Positions 39,087 through 48,370 are shown, counted from the stretch's first letter. The stretch: DNA of 64,000 nt from an uncultured Micavibrio sp. (GCA_964399985.1 CAYNRY010000001.1:1054027-1118026); one strand, 5' to 3'. Notes: a model not told the origin generated them from the letters alone. Made by a program: numbers and translations.

Positions 39087-40367
39087 TCAAGCGGCAAGTT
39101 TACCAATAAGATGAGCGTTTTCCACGCCTGTAATTTCAATATCAAATAATGCACCAACGGCAAGATTTTGTTCCAGTTTAACCGCCGCGAAATGCTCAGT
39201 GCGACCAATGCTGTCATTTTCGACAATAATCTGGCGTTTAAAGCCAACATGCTTATTCAAGAAACTTTGCATTTGTGTTTCGCCGAGCGAACGAAGTTTG
39301 GCCGCGCGTTCTTTTCGCAATGCGATATCGACCTGCGGCATTTTCGCCGCCGGTGTCATCGGGCGCGGTGAATACGGGAAAATATGCAGGAAAGTTAAAT
39401 CGCATTCCTTGACGAGATTATAGGTATTTTCAAACATATCGTCGGTTTCTGTCGGGAAGCCCGCAATAATGTCGCAACCGAACACCATATCGGGACGATA
39501 TGAACGCGCACGGTCACACATAGCAATCGCATCATGGCGCAGATGGCGACGTTTCATACGCTTTAAAATCATATCATCGCCCGCCTGCAAACTCATATGC
39601 AGATGCGGCATCAAACGCGGCTCTTCGGCGATCAGTCGCCAGAGATCATCATCGATTTCAACTGGGTCAAGCGAGGACAAGCGCAGTCGTGGCAGTTCGG
39701 GGACAGACGCGAGGACTCGCCTGATCATCTGGCCTAATGTTGGTTCGCCGGGTAAATCATTACCGTAGGATGTAACGTCCACTCCGGTCATAACGATTTC
39801 ATTAAATCCGGCGGCGACAAGTTTACGGACCTGCTGAGTAATTTCTTCAACTGTTACCGAGCGCGAATTTCCGCGGCCATAGGGAATGATGCAAAACGTG
39901 CAGCGGTGGTCGCAGCCGTTTTGCACTTGTATAAACGCGCGGGCGTGGCCTTCAAAACCTTCGATCAGATGGGACGCGGTTTCGCGTACCGACATGATAT
40001 CGTTGACGATAACTTTTTCGTCTTTTTTCAGGCCCCAAGTTTCGGCCTTCAGTTTCATGTCGTTGCCGATGACCTGATCGACTTCCGGCATATCGGTAAA
40101 CATCTTCGGATTGATCTGCGCCGCGCATCCAGTGACGATAATTTTCATGTCCGGATTTTCTTTGCGGGCTTTCCGGATCGCTTGACGCGCCTGACGCTCG
40201 GCTTCTAACGTCACCGCACAGGTATTGAAGATCATCGAATTTTCCAAACCTGCATCTTTCGCATGGGTTTTCATCACCTCGCTTTCATAAGCATTAAGGC
40301 GGCAACCAAAGGTCTGGATTTTAGGCTCAGTGGACATGGGAGGTTTATGGACTAAAATGGCCCTCAT
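39087..40367 (-). CDS. mtaB: tRNA (t6A37) methylthiotransferase MtaB (radical SAM, MiaB family)
   Basis: 426 aa. FGCRLNAYESE N-terminal UPF0004 Cys, radical SAM CDHRCTFCIIP, TRAM-like C-terminus. ATG 40337 (MSTEPK..) is an alternative start. Confidence 0.85.
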   Translation of the reverse strand: MRAILVHKPPMSTEPKIQTFGCRLNAYESEVMKTHAKDAGLENSMIFNTCAVTLEAERQARQAIRKARKENPDMKIIVTGCAAQINPKMFTDMPEVDQVIGNDMKLKAETWGLKKDEKVIVNDIMSVRETASHLIEGFEGHARAFIQVQNGCDHRCTFCIIPYGRGNSRSVTVEEITQQVRKLVAAGFNEIVMTGVDVTSYGNDLPGEPTLGQMIRRVLASVPELPRLRLSSLDPVEIDDDLWRLIAEEPRLMPHLHMSLQAGDDMILKRMKRRHLRHDAIAMCDRARSYRPDMVFGCDIIAGFPTETDDMFENTYNLVKECDLTFLHIFPYSPRPMTPAAKMPQVDIALRKERAAKLRSLGETQMQSFLNKHVGFKRQIIVENDSIGRTEHFAAVKLEQNLAVGALFDIEITGVENAHLIGKLAA

Positions 40368-40394
40368 TTCATTATAAAAATAAGATTAAGCTGT

Positions 40395-40952
40395 TTAATA
40401 AGGAACAGGCTCCATATCGTCAAAACTAGTTTTTGGGACACAGCGATTTAAAAGATGTTGCGCGTTATTGTAATCTTCATCGAAACCGTCTTCGCAAGGC
40501 TTGCTAATAAGCATCACATTTTCAATTAAAGCTTTAGCTTCTTCATAATTTGAAATCTCATTCCTGTAGTTTTTATCAAGAAGTATTTCCGCTAATTTCA
40601 ACTGAATAGATAGATTTTGCGGAAAGAGTTTTAAACCCTTCCGCAAAGTTTCCTCAGTTTTTACAAATAGCTGGGCTACGAAAGAAGGTCCGGCCAAATA
40701 TTTAACATTTCTCGAGTGAGCAAGCTGATCCAAATGTCGTGCACAACATTCATAATCTTCTGCCTTTCTTTCAAGCGGCAAAACTGTATTTAAATAGAAT
40801 CCCGCGACAAAAATATCATTGATATCACTGCTTGTATGGGCAAGATCATCTCGCAAATATAAGTTATCAAGTAATTGAATAAGACGTAATTCAAGTGGTT
40901 CATTCGAACCTGCCGCCCTATCAAAATCATCTTCAAAGCTATCCATTATCAA
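40395..40952 (-). CDS. Orphan hypothetical protein (185 aa, helical), AT-rich
   Basis: No recognisable motif. Hand counts give about 27-33% G+C in 60-nt samples, against about 65% in a dapF sample. It sits inside the otherwise conserved dapF-mtaB-ftsY block. Confidence 0.6.
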   Translation of the reverse strand: MIMDSFEDDFDRAAGSNEPLELRLIQLLDNLYLRDDLAHTSSDINDIFVAGFYLNTVLPLERKAEDYECCARHLDQLAHSRNVKYLAGPSFVAQLFVKTEETLRKGLKLFPQNLSIQLKLAEILLDKNYRNEISNYEEAKALIENVMLISKPCEDGFDEDYNNAQHLLNRCVPKTSFDDMEPVPY

Positions 40953-40986
40953 CCTCTGATAACGTCAATACTTAATTTTCCAGAAT

Positions 40987-41808
40987 TCAGTCAAGAAAAT
41001 ACTGCCCTGAAAAGACGTACTCATAGCCGCCGGTCATGAGAACATGGCCGTCAGTTTCGCGCCATTCGATGCCTAAAGGGCCGCCGTCCATGATGATTGT
41101 TACTTTTCGCTCAGTTAGGCCACGGCGGATGGCAGCAACCGCCGTGGCGCAGGCGCCTGAACCACAAGCCAATGTAATCCCTGCCCCGCGTTCCCAAACG
41201 CGCATACGAATTGTTAGCCGATCCATGACTTCAGCGAATTCGATATTCGCCCGCTCCGGAAATAGTGGATGAGTTTCCAGAGAGGGGCCGTAGTTTTCGA
41301 TCTTCTGTTTTTCAACATCAGAAATAAAAAATACCGCATGGGGATTGCCCATATTGACCGCCACGGGATCGGAAAAAGGCCCTGCCCCGATTTTTAGGTG
41401 AAGCGTGTCGCGCTCATGCGCCAGAGGGATTTGATCCCAGCCGAGTTTGGCTTCACCCATATCAACGGTAATAGTTTTATCATCGACGCGGACGCATTCC
41501 AGCAAACCTGAAATGGTTTCAAGAACGATTTTACCCTTGCCAGCTTCTTTTAAAATAATATCGGCGATACAACGCGTAGCATTCCCGCAAGCGCCAGCTT
41601 CAGAACCGTCAGGGTTGTAAATCCGCATAAAAGCATCTGCTTTCGATGAGGCTTCAATCACGATAAACTGGTCACAACCGATTCCAAAACGGCGGTTTGC
41701 CATTTGCTTTATAAGCTTCGGATTCAGATTAAGGAGCGCTTTGCGCCCATCCAGCACGATAAAATCGTTGCCAAGAGCCTGCATTTTAAGGAAATCGAGC
41801 GTTTTCAT
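40987..41808 (-). CDS. dapF: Diaminopimelate epimerase
   Basis: 273 aa. MQALGNDFIV, NPDGSEAGACGNATRC, ACGSGACA (two catalytic Cys). Confidence 0.93.
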   Translation of the reverse strand: MKTLDFLKMQALGNDFIVLDGRKALLNLNPKLIKQMANRRFGIGCDQFIVIEASSKADAFMRIYNPDGSEAGACGNATRCIADIILKEAGKGKIVLETISGLLECVRVDDKTITVDMGEAKLGWDQIPLAHERDTLHLKIGAGPFSDPVAVNMGNPHAVFFISDVEKQKIENYGPSLETHPLFPERANIEFAEVMDRLTIRMRVWERGAGITLACGSGACATAVAAIRRGLTERKVTIIMDGGPLGIEWRETDGHVLMTGGYEYVFSGQYFLD

Positions 41809-41830
41809 GGCTTTACCTGACTGAAATTAA

Positions 41831-41859
41831 TTGACCTATGTCTACTCTTAAGGCATATA
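41831..41859 (+). promoter_or_regulatory. Candidate sigma70-type promoter for the ffh operon
   Basis: TTGACC-17 nt-CATATA, read by eye. The roughly 100-nt leader that follows contains the hairpin CCCCAAT..ATTGGGG (41910-41939). Confidence 0.3.
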
Positions 41860-41961
41860 AGCATCAACAAAAATCCCGTTACGTCCCGACCGACGTGCCT
41901 GAGGGTACCCCCCAATCTGCGAGGTTTCGCTCATTGGGGTCAATTGCTATTGAGGTTTTGA

Positions 41962-43467
41962 ATGTTTCAGTCACTAAGTGACAAGTTAGGTAACGTTTTC
42001 GACAAGCTTCGCGGACGCGGCGCTTTGACCGAAGAGGACGTCAATCTGGCGTTGCGCGAAATTCGCGTGGCCTTGCTGGAAGCCGATGTAGCCTTGCCTG
42101 TCGTCAAAGAATTCGTCGAACAGGTTCGTGAAGCTGCCGTCGGACAGGACATTATCAAGTCCGTCTCCCCTGCCCAGCAAGTCGTCAAAATCGTCAATGA
42201 CGAGATCGTCAAGTTATTGGGTTCGGACAATGTCGAGTTGTCTTTTACCGGCGTTCCGCCTGTCGCCTATTTAATGGTAGGTTTGCAGGGTTCGGGTAAA
42301 ACGACCTCTACTGCCAAGATCGCAAAATTCCTGACGGATAAGAACCGTAAGAAAGTTCTGATGGCGTCGCTGGATACACAGCGCCCTGCCGCGCAAGACC
42401 AGTTGGAGCAGCTTGGCAAACAAACCAATATCGCTACTCTGCCGATCATCAAAGGCCAGACACCGATTGAAATTGCGCAGCGCGCAATGGAAACCGGACG
42501 CCTTGAAGGTTATGACATCGTCATCCTCGATACCGCCGGACGCCTCTCTATAGACGAAGTGTTGATGGATGAAGTCGTTAAAATCCGTGACCTGACCAAG
42601 CCTGTCGAAACCCTTCTGGTTGTTGACGCCATGACGGGTCAGGATGCCGTAAACACCGCACGCATATTCAATGAGCGCGTCGATGTTTCCGGTATCGTCA
42701 TGACGCGTATCGACGGTGATGCGCGCGGCGGTGCGGCTATGTCCATGCGTGCCGTAACGGGCAAGCCGATTAAACTTCTAGGTACTGGTGAGAAATGGGA
42801 CGCGATTGAGCCGTTCCATCCTGACCGTATTGCGTCACGCATCCTTGGAATGGGTGACGTTGTATCCCTCGTCGAACGCGCTGTAGAGACGATCAATCAG
42901 GAAGACGCGGCAGCCATGGCCGCGAAATTCGAAAAAGGCAAATTCGATTTCAACGATATGCTGGCCCAGTTCAACCAGTTGAAACGCATGGGCGGCATGG
43001 GTAGCATTATGAAGATGCTGCCGGGCCTTGGTAAAATGGCCGACCAGATCGATGGTGCCAATATCGATAGTTCGATCATGAAACGTCAGGAAGCTATTAT
43101 CCTGTCGATGACCAAGCAAGAACGCGCAAAACCTGTTTTGCTCAACGCGTCCCGCCGCAAACGTATTGCAGCAGGCTCCGGTGTTACGGTTCAGGATGTT
43201 AACAAACTCGTTAAACAATACGAGCAGATGGAAACCGTTATGAAGAAAATGCGCAAAATGGGCATGGGCGGAATGATGTCGGCGATGAAAGGTTTCATGG
43301 GCAAGGACGATCAGGACAAGCTCGAACTGATGCGCGAAGAACAAGGCCTGCCACCGATGCCGGGCATGCCAGGCGCGATGAAAGGAATGCCGGGGATGCC
43401 CGGGATGGGAATGCCGGGACTAGGCGGTTTCCAGCGTGGCGGAACCAAGAAGAATCGCCGGAAATAA
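41962..43467 (+). CDS. ffh: Signal recognition particle protein Ffh
   Basis: 501 aa. GLQGSGKTTSTAKIA, DTAGRL, TRIDGDARGG. Met-rich M domain and PGMPGMG tail. Confidence 0.97.
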   Translation: MFQSLSDKLGNVFDKLRGRGALTEEDVNLALREIRVALLEADVALPVVKEFVEQVREAAVGQDIIKSVSPAQQVVKIVNDEIVKLLGSDNVELSFTGVPPVAYLMVGLQGSGKTTSTAKIAKFLTDKNRKKVLMASLDTQRPAAQDQLEQLGKQTNIATLPIIKGQTPIEIAQRAMETGRLEGYDIVILDTAGRLSIDEVLMDEVVKIRDLTKPVETLLVVDAMTGQDAVNTARIFNERVDVSGIVMTRIDGDARGGAAMSMRAVTGKPIKLLGTGEKWDAIEPFHPDRIASRILGMGDVVSLVERAVETINQEDAAAMAAKFEKGKFDFNDMLAQFNQLKRMGGMGSIMKMLPGLGKMADQIDGANIDSSIMKRQEAIILSMTKQERAKPVLLNASRRKRIAAGSGVTVQDVNKLVKQYEQMETVMKKMRKMGMGGMMSAMKGFMGKDDQDKLELMREEQGLPPMPGMPGAMKGMPGMPGMGMPGLGGFQRGGTKKNRRK

Positions 43468-43520
43468 GAATTACCAATTAAAACACAAACCAAAAACTAA
43501 ACTCGAAAGGACTAAAAACT

Positions 43521-43964
43521 ATGGCTATCAAAATCAGACTATCCCGTCAGGGTCGTAAAAAACTTCCATACTACGCCATCGTCGTAGCGGACAGCCGCAA
43601 CCCACGCGACGGCCGCTTCATCGAAAAAGTTGGAAGCTACAACCCGCTTTTGAACAAAACAGATGAGAAGCGCGTTGTATTGAACACAGAGCGCGTACAA
43701 CACTGGTTGTCACAAGGCGCACAAGCAACAGACCGCGTTGCCATTTTCCTCGGCAAAGCCGGCTTGATCGCCATGCCTGCCCAAAAACAAAGCATTGCCA
43801 AAGCTCAGCCAAAAGCAAAAGCTGTTGAGCGCGCAAAAGAGCGTGCAGAAAAGCAAGAAGCGCGTGAAGAAGCCGCTCGTGAAGCTGCTAACAAGCCAGC
43901 TCCTGAGCCAGAAGTCGAAGCAGAAGCCGCTCCTGAAGCTGCTGCTGAAGAAACAGCTGCTTAA
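43521..43964 (+). CDS. rpsP: 30S ribosomal protein S16 with an Ala/Glu/Lys-rich C-terminal extension
   Basis: 147 aa. [42 protein letters not shown] core, then a low-complexity tail of about 60 aa. Confidence 0.95.
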   Translation: MAIKIRLSRQGRKKLPYYAIVVADSRNPRDGRFIEKVGSYNPLLNKTDEKRVVLNTERVQHWLSQGAQATDRVAIFLGKAGLIAMPAQKQSIAKAQPKAKAVERAKERAEKQEAREEAAREAANKPAPEPEVEAEAAPEAAAEETAA

Positions 43965-43975
43965 GTAAATCCTCT

Positions 43976-44001
43976 TTCCCTCTCCCTTCGGGAGAGGGAA
44001 A
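43976..44001 (+). terminator. Stable hairpin after rpsP (no T-tract; attenuator or processing site rather than a full terminator)
   Basis: TTCCCTCTCCC-TTCG-GGGAGAGGGAA. Confidence 0.35.
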
Positions 44002-44014
44002 CTATTAAATTTGT

Positions 44015-44087
44015 GTCATCCCCGCGCAGGCGGGGATCTCCCTTTGGGAGAACAAGAAAGAGAGATTCCTGCTTTCGCAGGAATGAC
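44015..44087. repeat. Double-hairpin palindromic (MITE-like) element inside the rpsP-rimM spacer
   Basis: GTCATCCCCGCGCAGGCGGGGATCT-N24-GATTCCTGCTTTCGCAGGAATGAC. It ends 7 nt before the rimM ATG. Confidence 0.8.
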
Positions 44088-44093
44088 AAATGG

Positions 44094-44594
44094 ATGACTG
44101 ATAATAAAATCTGCATTGCTAAAATCAGAACTGCTCATGGTGTACGCGGTCTTGTGAAGGTCGATTGCTTTCTTGAAGACCCGACCGAACTTGCCAGTTA
44201 CAATCCGCTAATGACCGACGATGGCAAGTCAATTACCCTTACTTTAAAGAATTCCCTCAAAGGCCAGTTTATAGCTGAAATCAAAGGTATTTCAGACCGT
44301 ACCGACGCTGAAAAATTCCGCAACATCGAATTGTTTATCGAGCGCGATCAGTTGCCGGAAGCGAAAGAAGGTTTCTATCACGAAGATTTGGTTGGCCTTG
44401 ATGTACAGAACAAACAAGGCGAAGTTATCGGCAAAGTTTTAGCCGTTGAAAATTTCGGCGCGTCCGATCTTTTAGAAATCCAACCTTTATCCGGCAAGCC
44501 TTATTACCTTCCGTTCATGGAGCCTTATGTCGGTGACATCGATCCCGACCAGAAATTCGTCATTGTTGACCAGATAGAAGAATTTCTCGCATGA
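44094..44594 (+). CDS. rimM: 16S rRNA processing protein RimM
   Basis: Start set at ATG 44094 (MTDNKICIAKIRTAHGVRGLVKV..). The track ORF from 44013 would translate the repeat element. PRC-barrel C-terminus. Confidence 0.88.
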   Translation: MTDNKICIAKIRTAHGVRGLVKVDCFLEDPTELASYNPLMTDDGKSITLTLKNSLKGQFIAEIKGISDRTDAEKFRNIELFIERDQLPEAKEGFYHEDLVGLDVQNKQGEVIGKVLAVENFGASDLLEIQPLSGKPYYLPFMEPYVGDIDPDQKFVIVDQIEEFLA

Positions 44595-45295
44595 CGTGGA
44601 AAGTGCATATACTCACCCTCTTCCCGGATATGTTTCCCGGCTTTCTGGGCGTATCGGTCACAGGCCGAGCGCATAAAGAAAATATCTGGGATTATACAGC
44701 CATCAATATCCGCGATTTCGCGCATGACAAGCACAAGACTGTCGATGACGTGCCTTTTGGCGGCGGCGCAGGCATGGTGATGAAACCGGATATTGTCGAG
44801 GCGGCTATTCTCTCAATTCCCAATTCGGGCCGCAAAATTTATATGAGCCCGCGGGGCGTACCACTGACGCAAAATCTGGCGCAGGAATTATCGCGTGAAG
44901 AAAACCTGACTATCCTGTGCGGACGGTATGAAGGTATCGACCAGCGGGTTTTGGATGCGCATGATTTTGAAGAGGTTAGTATCGGGGATTACGTTTTAAC
45001 GGGCGGCGAACAGGCGGCGATGATCTTGATGGATTCGGTGATCCGCCTCCTCCCCGGCGCGGTCGGTAATGCCGAAACGCCCGATGATGAGAGTTTCAGT
45101 GAAGGATTGCTCGAATACCCGCATTATACACGGCCTGCGAGCTGGACGGATTCTTCGGGGGAAACCCGGGATGTGCCCGCCGTTTTGACCTCAGGGCATC
45201 ACGGAAATGTCGATAAATGGCGTAAAACTCAGGCTGAAGAGCTGACAAAGGCCAAAAGGCCCGATTTATGGTCCAAATATACGAAAAAGCCTTGA
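44591..45295 (+). CDS. trmD: tRNA (guanine37-N1)-methyltransferase TrmD
   Basis: 234 aa. LTLFPDMF, DDVPFGGGAGMVMKP, CGRYEGIDQRV, GDYVLTGGE. ATGA overlap with rimM. Confidence 0.95.
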   Translation: MTWKVHILTLFPDMFPGFLGVSVTGRAHKENIWDYTAINIRDFAHDKHKTVDDVPFGGGAGMVMKPDIVEAAILSIPNSGRKIYMSPRGVPLTQNLAQELSREENLTILCGRYEGIDQRVLDAHDFEEVSIGDYVLTGGEQAAMILMDSVIRLLPGAVGNAETPDDESFSEGLLEYPHYTRPASWTDSSGETRDVPAVLTSGHHGNVDKWRKTQAEELTKAKRPDLWSKYTKKP

Positions 45296-45385
45296 TAGTT
45301 CGGCCCTAATAACGTTATAACCGCCCTGCTTTATAAATCACCAATGGCATCGTCAATTAAGGCGGTCCTCTAATAGGAGCATGAC

Positions 45386-45922
45386 ATGAATACAGTACAA
45401 AAATTTGAAGCCGATCAGCTGGCGAAACTCACAGAAGGCAAAGCGCCTATTCCTGAGTTCGGTCCAGGTGACACTCTTAAAGTTTCCATCAAAATTGTTG
45501 AAGGTGAGCGCGAGCGTATCCAGGCGTATGAAGGCGTCTGCATTTCCCGCATGGGCACAAACATCAACGCGAAATTCACCGTTCGTAAGATCTCTTACGG
45601 CGAAGGCGTAGAACGCGTATTCCCTCTTTTCTCACCGCGTATCGAGAAAATCGAAGTCGTCCGCAAAGGTAAAGTCCGTCGTGCGAAACTTTACTACCTT
45701 CGTGGCCTGCGTGGTAAGTCTGCCCGTATTACCGAGAAAACAGAAGCTCGCGTAATGGATGAGAAACAACTGACAGCGACACAAAAATCAGCCGCTAAGA
45801 AAGCAGAAAAAGCCGCTAAAAAAGCAGCTCCTAAAGTTGAAAAAACTTCAAAAGCTTCCAAAGTGAAAGCCGCAGCAGCTGCTGAAGCTGCCGCTGCCGA
45901 AGCTGCAAAAACAGCTGAATAA
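45386..45922 (+). CDS. rplS: 50S ribosomal protein L19 with an Ala/Lys-rich C-terminal extension
   Basis: 178 aa. [47 protein letters not shown] core, then an AKKA/AAEA tail of about 60 aa. Confidence 0.95.
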   Translation: MNTVQKFEADQLAKLTEGKAPIPEFGPGDTLKVSIKIVEGERERIQAYEGVCISRMGTNINAKFTVRKISYGEGVERVFPLFSPRIEKIEVVRKGKVRRAKLYYLRGLRGKSARITEKTEARVMDEKQLTATQKSAAKKAEKAAKKAAPKVEKTSKASKVKAAAAAEAAAAEAAKTAE

Positions 45923-45942
45923 GATTAGCTTTACGGAATAAG

Positions 45943-45971
45943 AAAAACCGCCCAATCGGGCGGTTTTTTTA
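45943..45971 (+). terminator. Rho-independent terminator after rplS
   Basis: CCGCCC-AATC-GGGCGG followed by a T7 tract. Confidence 0.8.
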
Positions 45972-45980
45972 TTCTCTATT

Positions 45981-46055
45981 GTCATCCCGTTGAAGAACGG
46001 GATCCATGCAGTGTTGCGGATATATCGTATGGATTCCGGCCTTCGCCGGAATGAC
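45981..46055. repeat. Double-hairpin palindromic (MITE-like) element, full copy
   Basis: GTCATCCCGTTGAAGAACGGGATCC-N25-GGATTCCGGCCTTCGCCGGAATGAC. Confidence 0.8.
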
Positions 46056-46061
46056 GACAAG

Positions 46062-46334
46062 TTAGTGAACTACAACCAATCGCGCTTCCAAATCCAGCAT
46101 GGAACCGTCACTGCGCTGGCTCGTTAACATCACGCTGTTTTGATTGCTGAACGCCTTGATCATATGGCCACTGATATGGCCGATCAGCATCTGGGCGTTG
46201 TTGAGAAGCGCGTGCACATTGCCTGTCGCCTCTTCGAAAATGATCGTGTCTGACCGCACGAAATTCGGATCGTCGAACAAAATCCCGACCGCGCCTTTAT
46301 CGTTGCATAGAAAACTAGAATTGACTGAAAGCAT
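46062..46334 (-). CDS. Small hypothetical protein (90 aa)
   Basis: ORF only. No motif, signal peptide or TM helix recognised. Confidence 0.4.
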   Translation of the reverse strand: MLSVNSSFLCNDKGAVGILFDDPNFVRSDTIIFEEATGNVHALLNNAQMLIGHISGHMIKAFSNQNSVMLTSQRSDGSMLDLEARLVVVH

Positions 46335-46422
46335 ATAAACAAAATCCCTGTAAAGTTACCCTTACAAGGATTGTGCATATGCGAGATTAAGATGGTCTAA
46401 GGAATAGATAAAATTTTATTTA

Positions 46423-46812
46423 TTATAATGGACCGGATTCACGCTTAAATTCAAAACGCGTGGCAGATATCCAACCCAAAGTATTATCTTTTCCGTCTGT
46501 AATTACCGTACAGCTATCGTCATCAACGATAAAACCGCCTTTGACATCTTCACTAAAGCGATTTTCCGGATTGAAAATTGCATTGCCTTTTACAGGACCG
46601 TTCTCACCGATTTCTGTAGCTTCCATGGAAGCAAACTCCCTGCCGTAGTAATCGTAGTTTGGATCGACGATCTTGGCGCCATCACTTTCAACGCGACATA
46701 TCTGCCCCGTATCATCTTTGACAGTTGAAACACTACGTACGATCGGAGTCATCGCTGCGGTTACACCGAATACTCCAGCGATAGTGATTGCGACTTTTGA
46801 AATTTTGTTCAT
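46423..46812 (-). CDS. Small secreted hypothetical protein (129 aa)
   Basis: Signal peptide MNKISKVAITIAGVFGVTAAMT. Two Cys residues. Confidence 0.55.
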   Translation of the reverse strand: MNKISKVAITIAGVFGVTAAMTPIVRSVSTVKDDTGQICRVESDGAKIVDPNYDYYGREFASMEATEIGENGPVKGNAIFNPENRFSEDVKGGFIVDDDSCTVITDGKDNTLGWISATRFEFKRESGPL

Positions 46813-46951
46813 TTAGAGCACCTTTACGCATTAAATTTTGATTAACATAATCATTTGCCACCTTAGCGTCAACTAAAATTATGCTGTTGCCGTTGAATTA
46901 TTCCAGTTTCATGCTTTATACAATAAGTATCAGTTATTTAAGGAGCTTTCT

Positions 46952-48370
46952 TTGCTAGCCAAACCGCGCACTTTGTTCGAAAAAATCTGGGACGACCATG
47001 TGGTCCATAAGGGTCAGGACGGCACCTGCCTGATCTATATCGACCGCCATCTGGTCCACGAAGTCACCTCCCCGCAGGCCTTTGAAGGGCTGAAATTGGC
47101 CAAACGCAAGCTGCGCCGGACGGATGCCACCCTCGCTGTCGCCGACCATAATGTCCCTACCAGCCCGGACAGGACCAATGTCGCCTCTATCCGCGATCCG
47201 GACAGCCGTTTGCAAATCCAGACCTTGGAAGAAAACACGAAAGAATTCGGCGTCACTTATTTCGGCATGAATGATAAGCGACAAGGCATCGTGCATATTA
47301 TCGGGCCAGAGCAAGGTATGACCCAGCCGGGCATGACCATTGTCTGCGGCGATAGCCATACATCGACGCACGGCGCGTTCGGAGCGCTGGCCTTCGGTAT
47401 CGGCACGTCGGAAGTCGAACATGTCATGGCAACACAAACACTCATTCAAAAGCCCGCCAAGACGATGCGCATTACAGTTGAAGGTGAGTTGGGTTTAGGC
47501 GTAACCGCCAAGGATGTTATTCTCGCTATCATTGGCAAGATCGGCACAGCTGGTGGGACAGGTTACGTCATAGAATATGCAGGCAGCGTGATCCGCAATC
47601 TAACGATGGAAAACCGGATGACGATTTGCAATATGTCGATCGAAGCCGGAGCGCGTGCAGGCATCATTGCCCCGGACGCTAAAACCTTCGCCTATATCAA
47701 AGGCCGCCCGATGGCCCCGAAAGAGGAACATTGGGAACAGGCTGTTGGTTATTGGTCGTCCCTGCCCTCTGATGCTGGTGCGACTTACGACGAAGAAGTT
47801 TTTCTCGATGCGAAAGATATCGCGCCGCTGATTACATGGGGCACGTCACCGCAAGATGTTCTGGCGATTACCGATGTCGTTCCCGATCCGGCACAGATTA
47901 CCGACGCCGAGAAAAAAACGGCAATGGAACGAGCGCTCGATTATATGGGATTGATACCGGGGACGAAATTCGAAGATGTTCCAGTCGATCATGTGTTTAT
48001 CGGCTCCTGTACTAATGCGCGGATTGAAGATTTGCGTGAAGTCGCGAAAGTGGTTGAAGGCAAAAAAGTTTCCTCCACGGTCCAAGCCATGATCGTTCCC
48101 GGCTCGGGCCTCGTCAAAGAACAGGCGGAGCTTGAAGGACTTGATAAAATATTTATCGAAGCCGGATTTGATTGGCGCGAAGCCGGATGTTCGATGTGCC
48201 TGGGCATGAATGAAGATCGTTTAAAGCCCGGTGAGCGCTGCGCCTCAACATCAAATAGAAACTTCGAAGGCCGTCAGGGACGCGGAGCCCGTACGCATTT
48301 GATGTCTCCGGTCATGGCCGCCGCCGCCGCGATTACCGGCAAGTTGACAGATATAAGGAAATTTTCATGA
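46952..48370 (+). CDS. leuC: 3-isopropylmalate dehydratase large subunit
   Basis: 472 aa, TTG start with AAGGAG 6 nt upstream. [45 protein letters not shown]. Confidence 0.95.
   Translation: MLAKPRTLFEKIWDDHVVHKGQDGTCLIYIDRHLVHEVTSPQAFEGLKLAKRKLRRTDATLAVADHNVPTSPDRTNVASIRDPDSRLQIQTLEENTKEFGVTYFGMNDKRQGIVHIIGPEQGMTQPGMTIVCGDSHTSTHGAFGALAFGIGTSEVEHVMATQTLIQKPAKTMRITVEGELGLGVTAKDVILAIIGKIGTAGGTGYVIEYAGSVIRNLTMENRMTICNMSIEAGARAGIIAPDAKTFAYIKGRPMAPKEEHWEQAVGYWSSLPSDAGATYDEEVFLDAKDIAPLITWGTSPQDVLAITDVVPDPAQITDAEKKTAMERALDYMGLIPGTKFEDVPVDHVFIGSCTNARIEDLREVAKVVEGKKVSSTVQAMIVPGSGLVKEQAELEGLDKIFIEAGFDWREAGCSMCLGMNEDRLKPGERCASTSNRNFEGRQGRGARTHLMSPVMAAAAAITGKLTDIRKFS

Noticed and set aside
41809-41961. 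SRP RNA (ffs) or another structured ncRNA upstream of ffh
   Set aside because: I found hairpins but not the conserved 4.5S domain IV motifs (GGAA/AGCAG-type symmetric loop). The region is more simply a promoter plus leader.
2722-46055. Could the recurring palindromic repeats be a CRISPR array?
   Set aside because: The copies are dispersed over more than 40 kb in separate intergenic regions, are themselves bipartite inverted repeats, and have no regular repeat-spacer periodicity. No cas genes are present.
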